From: an uncultured Mycoplasmatota bacterium
GTDB lineage: Bacteria; Bacillota_I; Bacilli_A; RF39; UBA660
DNA: 64,000 nucleotides
Assembly (NCBI GenBank): GCA_947574255.1
Contig: CANPJT010000002.1
Coordinates: 273 to 64,272, forward strand
Direction of reading: 5' to 3'
Under the pieces are notes generated by a model. That model was not told where the DNA came from. It saw only the letters and a list, made by a program, of their open reading frames with translations, and did not search any database. Both the position numbers and the translations under genes were made by a program. Below are positions 30,550-37,621 of the stretch, piece by piece. The number at the start of each line of letters is the position of its first letter. Positions within the stretch are counted from its first letter, which is position 1.

Positions 30550-31638
30550 TTATTTAATATCACAAACACCAAATTCAATACCAGCAAGTTCTAATAAAAC
30601 CTCAAGAAGTGTTGGTAACAAAAATATTAGAACACCAATAATTAATCTTTTACCTAATTTATTAGTTACTTTTTTTATTTCATTTGGATCTTGAGCAGCT
30701 AAAGCTTTGATAAAATCAACAACTGACAAACCAATTATTAAAATTGGAACAGCAAATCTAATCAAAGATAAAATTTGTTTTAATAAAGTACCAAATTTAC
30801 CATTAAAAATATTATCACAATCTATATCATTAGTTTCCAAATCTAAGTCTTCTTTTTCTTCTTTATTAGGATCATCTTTAGAATTTTTAAAAGTACACTT
30901 CCCTTTTCGCCAACGACATTCTTTTCCTTCTTCATCTCTTTCCTTACATTGATCTTTAGTTAAATAATCTGTACAAATAAATAAATTCTTTTTTTCACAT
31001 TTATTTGTTGTATCATTCCAACGACATCTTCCTGAATCAGTAAGTGAAGGACAAGATTCCTTTGTTATATAATCAGCACAAGAAGATGGTCTTTTACAGA
31101 TTTTTTTTTCTGTATCTTTTATACAGACATTCCCTTGAGCATCAGTTTTATTAACACATTCTTCATATGTGTATTCTGTACAACTTCCCTTTTTGTCAAG
31201 AACTTCTTTTGATTCAGTATTTTCTATAATATAAGACTTGTTTTTAATTTTTTTTTGTTGATTTTCTAAAATACTTTTTGAATAAGAAATGTATAATTCT
31301 TTTTTTTCACCAATATTAATTAATGGTATTCCTTTTTTGTAAGAAACTAGAATATAAGTAGGACATAATTCTTTATTTGATGATATTTCTGTAGCTAAAT
31401 AAGAATTTTTAGTTTCTGATGACCATAATCCACAATTAACACTTTTATTAATGCTATTAATGTCAGGCCATTCTTTTATTGTTGCTGAACAATTTAGATT
31501 TTTCTTTTTATCTACAGTAATATTAACGATAACATTTACCCCATTAGAATCATATATACATTTTTTACCTTCTGCTGCTGATACTATTCTTGGATATAAT
31601 ATTATTAATAATAAGAAAATTATTTTAAATTTTTTCAT
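30550..31638 (-). CDS. Secreted Cys-rich protein with a C-terminal VirB2-like two-helix membrane module (paralog 1)
   Basis: Signal peptide (IVSAAEG). Three tandem ~30-aa Cys-rich repeats at aa 153-248. The C-terminus FAVPILIIGLSVVDFIKALAAQDPNEIKKVTNKLGKRLIIGVLIFLLPTLL aligns with 31814-32944 and 34232-34639. Confidence 0.6.
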   Translation of the reverse strand: MKKFKIIFLLLIILYPRIVSAAEGKKCIYDSNGVNVIVNITVDKKKNLNCSATIKEWPDINSINKSVNCGLWSSETKNSYLATEISSNKELCPTYILVSYKKGIPLINIGEKKELYISYSKSILENQQKKIKNKSYIIENTESKEVLDKKGSCTEYTYEECVNKTDAQGNVCIKDTEKKICKRPSSCADYITKESCPSLTDSGRCRWNDTTNKCEKKNLFICTDYLTKDQCKERDEEGKECRWRKGKCTFKNSKDDPNKEEKEDLDLETNDIDCDNIFNGKFGTLLKQILSLIRFAVPILIIGLSVVDFIKALAAQDPNEIKKVTNKLGKRLIIGVLIFLLPTLLEVLLELAGIEFGVCDIK

Positions 31639-31707
31639 AAAATATCCCTACTTTTTTCATTTATTTTTTTAATTATATCAATTTTTTTATAATAATACTA
31701 GTATGAA

Positions 31708-31738
31708 AACAAACTGATTATTAAAAAATCAGTTTGTT
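31708..31738 (-). terminator. Hairpin downstream of 31814-32944 (possible terminator or attenuator)
   Basis: AACAAACUGAU-(9 nt)-AUCAGUUUGUU is a perfect 11-bp stem, but the U-tract is weak. Confidence 0.45.
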
Positions 31739-31813
31739 ACTATTTACCAAAATCTATAATTGTTTATTATTTAAAAAGTACTTTATATGATAATATACAT
31801 ATATTTAATTAAT

Positions 31814-32944
31814 CTATTTATTAATATTACATTTATTAGGTTTAAATAAACAAGTATTACACTTTTTAAAGTTATTTTCTGATTCTGGAAGTAAGTTAAA
31901 TACAAAATTTATTACAGTAGGTAATAAAAATATTGCTACTCCTGTAATTATTCTAGTAGCAAACATATTTGTTGCTTTTTTTACAGCATCTTGACTAGAA
32001 TTCATAATCGCCTTACTAAAATCTAATGATCCCATAATTATTAAAATAATTGGCACAGCAATTTTTACTACCATTAATAAATATCCTATAAAGCGAAAGG
32101 CACTTAATACACCAGTTTGTTTGCATAATGAAGGTATTTTTGTTGATCCTTTTATTATATCTGTAATTTCATCACATTTTATATTTCTATTATTGGGGTA
32201 TTCACAATTCTCATCACATAAATATTCAATATTTTTTTTATCATCTCCACATATGAATTCATAAATATCATCATTATAATGATCAGCGTTTTTAAAAAAT
32301 TCATTATAATCATATGTAGCCCATTTCATTTCTTTAGTTTTTTTATTGTAATAAAAATCTGGACAATTATTAGAAGAAATCATACTACATACACCATTAA
32401 CTTTTGATTCTGATGTTCCATCAGGATAAGTTATAGTACATTTATTACCTTCACCTTCAATTTTTAGCTGTTTATTTCCAATGTTATAAGTACAACTCTT
32501 TTTATTTGAGGTAGGTGTAAATATAGTACATTTTCCTTCACAACTACTTTTATTTTTATTTAATGAAACCAAAACTTCTCCATTATTAATTAACTCATTA
32601 GAAAATTTTATAATTTCTTTTGGCTTACCAGGTTTTAAAACAGCATAAAGTGGACAATCCCATTTATTATTTGAATCTAAAAAATTATAATCGCGCAATT
32701 CTTGATAATCATATTTAGTAAAAGGTAAATATCCAGGATATTGAACAGCATCTGGTTCTATTTCTAGATGATCTGTTTCATTTATTCTAATGTACGTTCC
32801 ATTAGAATACTCACAGTATAAAACTGTACCATTATTATTTGAATTATCTATTTTTATTCCATTTGTTGTAGTTGCTGCAAAAGTATTTGGTGTTAATAAT
32901 AAGAAAACAAACATTATTAAAACAAAATAAAATTCTTTTTTCAT
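31814..32944 (-). CDS. Secreted Cys-rich protein with a C-terminal VirB2-like two-helix membrane module (paralog 2)
   Basis: Signal peptide (TPNTFAATT) and many Cys residues. The C-terminus is KIAVPIILIIMGSLDFSKAIMNSSQDAVKKATNMFATRIITGVAIFLLPTVI. Confidence 0.6.
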   Translation of the reverse strand: MKKEFYFVLIMFVFLLLTPNTFAATTTNGIKIDNSNNNGTVLYCEYSNGTYIRINETDHLEIEPDAVQYPGYLPFTKYDYQELRDYNFLDSNNKWDCPLYAVLKPGKPKEIIKFSNELINNGEVLVSLNKNKSSCEGKCTIFTPTSNKKSCTYNIGNKQLKIEGEGNKCTITYPDGTSESKVNGVCSMISSNNCPDFYYNKKTKEMKWATYDYNEFFKNADHYNDDIYEFICGDDKKNIEYLCDENCEYPNNRNIKCDEITDIIKGSTKIPSLCKQTGVLSAFRFIGYLLMVVKIAVPIILIIMGSLDFSKAIMNSSQDAVKKATNMFATRIITGVAIFLLPTVINFVFNLLPESENNFKKCNTCLFKPNKCNINK

Positions 32945-33015
32945 AAAATCTCCCCAGTTTTTCTATTAGTATTATACCAATGTTTTTCTTTGAAGTAAAA
33001 CATTTCCTATTAATA

Positions 33016-33042
33016 ATTAAAAAAATGCTTATAAAAGCATTT
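33016..33042 (-). terminator. Intrinsic terminator after 33041-34180
   Basis: Minus-strand RNA forms AAAUGCUU-uuau-AAGCAUUU followed by UUUUUAAUU. It overlaps the stop codon. Confidence 0.6.
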
Positions 33043-34180
33043 ATCTAATTTCATATGGTTCCTCTAATGTTCCTTCTCCTGATTTAAATAATATATTTTT
33101 ATTTAGTGCCAAAACATATCGATAATTAGCACCCATAGCTGCTTCATCTGATTCAATATATCCATTATAATTTACATAATATACATCAAAAGTATTTTTC
33201 GTATCACCAGTCGCTGTCCACCAATGATCATCCTCATTTACAAGGTAATTATAGTTTTGACATTCTTCATTAATAGTTGTTAAACAAGTACTATCTAAGC
33301 TAGCATTTAAAAAATCATAAACAGGTAATAAACCAATATATTGTTTTTCTATTATATTACTACATTCGATACTTCCATCTTTTGAGGCATCAACTTCACT
33401 TCTTTTAGCGGCACATATATTAAAGTTTGATAAAAATTCTTGATATTTACTATATTTTGTTTGATATATATCCCTAATATTTGCTAATGCTCTACTTACA
33501 GCAAAATTATTAATTCCTTTTTGACTTTCGCCTTCGGTATTATAACGATCATCCCAATAACCATATTCTGTTTCATCAGTATGTTCAGAATCCAAATAAT
33601 TTTTAATAATTATTATTTGTTCATCTTTATTTATTTTTACAATTCGCCACAATTCTTCAGCAAATTTTAAATAGTTATTAGGGTTTTCTCCACGATATAC
33701 AAGTTCTTCATTCATTTCATATAATCCTTCACCAAATGAAGAAATTTTATTATGACTTTTTAAAATATCACTAAGCTTCTCTGTTTTGTATTCCTTACAA
33801 TTTAAGAAAGCTTGATAATTATAACTACCATCATTATAGTAAACTTTTACTTCTGCATTACATGATTCATCTCTTACATATCTGCTAAACTTTTTAATAT
33901 ATTTATTTTCGATCAACGATGTGTCGTTAATTGTTGCAACTGGTTTATCTTTAGTTGGTAAATTGCTTGGATAATCATTCATATACTTTTGTGACGCTGT
34001 TATAAGTTTTTTTTCTAATTCAACATATGATGTTTTCTTATTTACTGCTTTAGTACTAATAGAAATAACTACTATTATTAAAATCATTACTACTATTACA
34101 CCAACTAAAAAAGTAATTTTTTGTTTATTTATATCATTAAATTTATTTTTTATAGAAGATAATATATCTTTCACTTGCAT
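33041..34180 (-). CDS. Membrane-anchored extracellular protein, distant member of the 17025/63196 family
   Basis: N-terminal TM anchor (ITFLVGVIVVMILIIVVISI). It shares blocks with the two outside paralogs: NPNNYLKFAEELWRIV against DPNNYV(N/S)F..(E/K)(L/K)WRIIGV, WWTATGD against QWTLMPG/QWSITPV, and the C-terminal GEGTLEEPYEI against DGSSTTPFVL/DGSSEKPFIL. Confidence 0.6.
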   Translation of the reverse strand: MQVKDILSSIKNKFNDINKQKITFLVGVIVVMILIIVVISISTKAVNKKTSYVELEKKLITASQKYMNDYPSNLPTKDKPVATINDTSLIENKYIKKFSRYVRDESCNAEVKVYYNDGSYNYQAFLNCKEYKTEKLSDILKSHNKISSFGEGLYEMNEELVYRGENPNNYLKFAEELWRIVKINKDEQIIIIKNYLDSEHTDETEYGYWDDRYNTEGESQKGINNFAVSRALANIRDIYQTKYSKYQEFLSNFNICAAKRSEVDASKDGSIECSNIIEKQYIGLLPVYDFLNASLDSTCLTTINEECQNYNYLVNEDDHWWTATGDTKNTFDVYYVNYNGYIESDEAAMGANYRYVLALNKNILFKSGEGTLEEPYEIR

Positions 34181-34231
34181 TCACCTATAATAGAATATAA
34201 CATAAGGCAAAAAAAAAAGCAATTATTGCTT

Positions 34232-34639
34232 CTATTTCCATGCATTATCTGCTTTTCCTTTACATTCTGTACCTCTTGGACTTGTAATACAAGATTTACA
34301 AATACTATAATCTTTTTCTACCTTACTAAAATCAGATACAAATCCCATAACCAAACCAATAATTGTTGGAATTAAAAAGATTGCTATAGCTGCTACGGCT
34401 CTCATCGCTAAAGATGTAGTAGCTTTTTTAACTTCATCAGATTTACTAGCAACTACGGCTTTTCCTAAATCTAAAATTCCCATAACAATTAAAATTACTG
34501 GTATTACAATTTTAAATGCTAATAAAACATAACCAACTAATTGCCAAATATTAGCAGTATTAGCACAAAATCCATTATTTTCTGATCCTATATTTACCAA
34601 TGTTAAAAATATATCCATAAGTATTAACCTCTCTCTCAT
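34232..34639 (-). CDS. Small VirB2-like (TrbC/pilin-like) two-helix membrane protein (paralog 3, minimal version)
   Basis: 135 aa. The core is KIVIPVILIVMGILDLGKAVVASKSDEVKKATTSLAMRAVAAIAIFLIPTII, a two-TM hairpin with a charged loop, followed by a short Cys-containing tail. Confidence 0.6.
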   Translation of the reverse strand: MRERLILMDIFLTLVNIGSENNGFCANTANIWQLVGYVLLAFKIVIPVILIVMGILDLGKAVVASKSDEVKKATTSLAMRAVAAIAIFLIPTIIGLVMGFVSDFSKVEKDYSICKSCITSPRGTECKGKADNAWK

Positions 34640-34681
34640 TCATAAACTTATTTTATAGTTTATTTATTATATTGTCAAGTT

Positions 34682-35686
34682 TTATGACTTAAATATGTTA
34701 AATAGTTTACTATTCTTACTATCTTCTCCTGATTCTTCAAATCTTACAAAACCTAGAGAAATTAGAAAATTATTTAAAATTTTGTGTTGATCTAACTTAT
34801 CATCTAGATAAGGAATATTAAAAAATACTTTACTTTTTGATTCATATTCAAAATCTTTAATATCTTTATCATTTAAAACACTTCTATTTAGAACAATCTT
34901 TTTGTCTTTTAATTTCTCGAATGTACGTTTATCTTTACGAATTAATTTATTTAATTTAATTAAACCAGGTTCAATTAAATATATGACTTCAGTACAAGAA
35001 CTTATGCTACCACGATCATTTAAATCAACTAATATTACTTCTGTGTCACTATTAGTGGCTATAAAAGCAGGAAGATCAAGGCTAGAAGTTGTTTTTAAAG
35101 TTTTATCATTAAAATAAATAAAATCATGTTCATCAACTTCTACAGCTATACATTTATATTTTTTCTCTAAATGCTTTTTCATTAAATATGTTAGAGTTGT
35201 TGATCCAGCATGCTCTGTAACATTTTTAATTCCAATCACACGAAGTCCTAATTTGTTATAATCAGTTGATGATGCAGTTGTGGTTACTTCTGGATTTGTT
35301 ACACTATTTAATTGATGATATTGAGCTACATCTTTATAAATATTAGGATTATCTATTAAAAATTTTATAGAATCTATATTTCTAGTAAAATTATATATTC
35401 CCATTGAAACTAAAGCAGATAAGTATCTTGGTGAATTAACGATTTCAGAATCATCTAATAAAATTATAATATTACTAACATCCATGCTTAATGATAAATT
35501 TTGAATAGTTGCTACATCTTGATAGTTTCTTATAGCAGTTATATCTAAAATCATTTTATTGAAATAAAAATTAGTAAACTGACTAACTAAGTCTTCTACC
35601 TCAAATTCTCCATTAATACTTTTTATAATATCAATATCTAATGTTGCAAGTAGAGATTGATATTTATTTGATACAATTACATTCAT
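34682..35686 (-). CDS. TadZ/CpaE-like protein (pseudo-receiver + degenerate MinD/ParA-type P-loop domain)
   Basis: The N-terminal ~110 aa are receiver-like (MNVIVSN...ILDITA...IIILLD). The C-terminal domain aligns by eye to MinD/ParA (RVIGIKNVTEHAGSTTLTYLMKKHL...CIAVEVD...VILVDLND), but the Walker A Lys is absent (AGSTT where GKT/S is expected). Confidence 0.45.
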   Translation of the reverse strand: MNVIVSNKYQSLLATLDIDIIKSINGEFEVEDLVSQFTNFYFNKMILDITAIRNYQDVATIQNLSLSMDVSNIIILLDDSEIVNSPRYLSALVSMGIYNFTRNIDSIKFLIDNPNIYKDVAQYHQLNSVTNPEVTTTASSTDYNKLGLRVIGIKNVTEHAGSTTLTYLMKKHLEKKYKCIAVEVDEHDFIYFNDKTLKTTSSLDLPAFIATNSDTEVILVDLNDRGSISSCTEVIYLIEPGLIKLNKLIRKDKRTFEKLKDKKIVLNRSVLNDKDIKDFEYESKSKVFFNIPYLDDKLDQHKILNNFLISLGFVRFEESGEDSKNSKLFNIFKS

Positions 35687-35700
35687 AAATTTTCCACCTC

Positions 35701-36189
35701 TTATTCTGATATTGCTCTTAAGCCATCATTGCTTTTTATAATATCATTAGTTGTTCCATTAATTCTAAATTTAAATAAATCTCCTATTACTGGTAGGTTA
35801 AAATAAAAGAATATTTCAACTTTGTAATACGATTTTTCATCATTGTTATTTGATGGTGATTTTACTTTTTGAATACAATAATAGTATTTTCGAGAATTAT
35901 TTGAAACTTTTTCACTTGTTGAACTATTTAAATTAGAAACCCCATAACTCCCTCTGGGACATGTGTTTGTAACATTATATCCACTACTTTTTAAATAATT
36001 ATTTATTAACTCAATACTTCCATTGTTTCCTGAAGTAAATCCTTCTTTTTTTTCTATCATAGTTAGAATATCATTTTTCACTTGGAATGCTTTACTATAA
36101 TTTAGCGTTAAAGCTAGAAATGCTACAAAAAGGAGCATAAAAACAATTACTAATTGCATTATCCAAGTTCCACCTATTGCTTCTCTCAT
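35701..36189 (-). CDS. TadE/TadF-like pseudopilin candidate (paralog B)
   Basis: MREAIGGTWIMQLVIVFMLLFVAFLAL, a short polar leader followed by a hydrophobic helix. It is a paralog of 36198-36767 (shared NYSKAF.VKN, NYLK.S.Y, YY.V..F.....P.....F.F...G.T). Confidence 0.5.
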   Translation of the reverse strand: MREAIGGTWIMQLVIVFMLLFVAFLALTLNYSKAFQVKNDILTMIEKKEGFTSGNNGSIELINNYLKSSGYNVTNTCPRGSYGVSNLNSSTSEKVSNNSRKYYYCIQKVKSPSNNNDEKSYYKVEIFFYFNLPVIGDLFKFRINGTTNDIIKSNDGLRAISE

Positions 36190-36197
36190 ACTATCAC

Positions 36198-36767
36198 CTA
36201 TCCAACTATTTTATTTGCAGGAACATCACGACATCTTTTAGGATTCCCAATTTTTTGACCATTTTTATACTCTTGACACATACTTTCTGGTCCTCGATAA
36301 TAGCCATCTTTAGTGAATGAATTACTTAATACTTTCGTATCACCTGTTACTTGAAAGTTAAACATTTCATTAAATATTGGTAAATCTAATTGATAGAATA
36401 CTACTATGCGATAATAAGCCATCTCTGGTAATTCTGAGGGTGTTCTGGTTAATTGCTGTTTTATACAAAAAGCTGGATTACGATTATCTTTTTCTCCATC
36501 ACGATTTATTCCTATATAATTATCTGGACAATTACCAGTAGTACGATAAGATGTTTCTTTTAAATAATTAGTAATTTTCTTAATAGCTTCATCATCTTTA
36601 GGATTATCTAAATTTAAGCCTTCTGATCTTTCAATAGTATTTACTATCATATTTTTAACGTTAAAAGCTTTGGAATGATTAATTGATAAACACAAAAAAG
36701 CTGTAAATAACAAAACAAAAGCTATAACTATTTGAAATAACCAAGTTCCTCCGATTGCCTCTCTCAC
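36198..36767 (-). CDS. TadE/TadF-like pseudopilin candidate (paralog A)
   Basis: MREAIGGTWLFQIVIAFVLLFTAFLCL N-terminus; a paralog of 35701-36189. Confidence 0.5.
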   Translation of the reverse strand: MREAIGGTWLFQIVIAFVLLFTAFLCLSINHSKAFNVKNMIVNTIERSEGLNLDNPKDDEAIKKITNYLKETSYRTTGNCPDNYIGINRDGEKDNRNPAFCIKQQLTRTPSELPEMAYYRIVVFYQLDLPIFNEMFNFQVTGDTKVLSNSFTKDGYYRGPESMCQEYKNGQKIGNPKRCRDVPANKIVG

Positions 36768-36783
36768 TATATCACTTCCTCAT

Positions 36784-37023
36784 TTAACCTTTCCAAACGC
36801 ATTTAAAGCTACTTCCTTGCTGACGACCATTTTGGTCATATAAAGCACATGTGGCCATATTGCTATTGCCATCTCTTTTGCAGACAGCAGCATTACATTT
36901 ACTTTTGGAGTCTAAATTATTACTAATCATCGGCCAGATTGTAGTATAGAAAAAAGCCGCTAGGACTCCTACCGCTACAACTACTACAACAGTCATATTT
37001 AATTCTCCAGTGGCTTCTTTCAT
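36784..37023 (-). CDS. Flp-like small pilin candidate 1
   Basis: 79 aa. MKEATGELNMTVVVVVAVGVLAAFFYTTIWPMI is followed by a short variable Cys-containing C-terminus. A strong RBS precedes it, and it lies just downstream of the TadB/TadC-like genes. Confidence 0.6.
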   Translation of the reverse strand: MKEATGELNMTVVVVVAVGVLAAFFYTTIWPMISNNLDSKSKCNAAVCKRDGNSNMATCALYDQNGRQQGSSFKCVWKG

Positions 37024-37072
37024 ATTCTATAACTCCCTTATTTTCTTTTCTCTTTTAATTTTTCAGAATATA

Positions 37073-37348
37073 TTATCCGCATTGTTTTGATCTAGTAACA
37101 TAACTATTTCCTTTTTTCACTTTAAAAGTACATGAATATTTTCCTTGGGCATTAGCAGCAGTACAACTTACATAATCTGGATCTCCACTATTACCCATCG
37201 TATTACCTGCTCCAGTATTACAAGCTGTTGTTCCTTGTAAGTTTGTTTGGATTGCTGGCCATACAAATGCATAGAAGAATGCTGCTACTGCAGCTATTGC
37301 TACTACAGTAATTACTGTCATATTTAATTCTCCAGTTGCCTCTTTCAT
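37073..37348 (-). CDS. Flp-like small pilin candidate 2
   Basis: 91 aa. MKEATGELNMTVITVVAIAAVAAFFYAFVWPAI is followed by a variable Cys-containing C-terminus. RBS GAGGAGGA. Confidence 0.6.
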   Translation of the reverse strand: MKEATGELNMTVITVVAIAAVAAFFYAFVWPAIQTNLQGTTACNTGAGNTMGNSGDPDYVSCTAANAQGKYSCTFKVKKGNSYVTRSKQCG

Positions 37349-37408
37349 TTTTTATTTTCCTCCTCTTTTTTAAGGATTAGTAGCAATAGCTGCAAATATA
37401 CTTATATA

Positions 37409-37556
37409 TTAATTACAAGTACATGTTTCAGTTTCAGCATTATAAGTTCCTTGTCCATTTGGACATTGATTAGCACAAGTATTATTGCCTAAGCCTGTTT
37501 TAATTGCTGGCCATACAAATGCATAGAAGAATGCTGCTACTGCAGAATATGCTACT
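37409..37556 (-). pseudogene. 5'-truncated third pilin copy (no start codon, leader missing, novel C-terminal region)
   Basis: My minus-strand translation is (E)VAYSAVAAFFYAFVWPAIKTGLGNNTCANQCPNGQGTYNAETETCTCN*. nt 37503-37545 are identical to 37251-37293 in pilin 2. The in-frame upstream sequence is TAA AAA ATA GGG AGG GAA, with no ATG, GTG or TTG. It is not in the ORF track. Confidence 0.7.
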
Positions 37557-37621
37557 TCCCTCCCTATTTTTTACTTTATTATTATATCATTTTTTATTTA
37601 TTATATCAATAATTTATATTA

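Noticed and set aside
21081-31672. Plus-strand ORFs 21081-21275, 25066-25263, 25676-25999, 29417-29725, 29421-29609, 30506-30694, 30707-30952 and 31451-31672
   Set aside because: All are nested antisense within T4SS genes with strong motif support on the minus strand. Their sequences are low complexity.
34175-35117. Plus-strand ORFs 34175-34375 and 34902-35117, plus 44611-44799 further along
   Set aside because: They are antisense to better-supported minus-strand ORFs and have no independent evidence.
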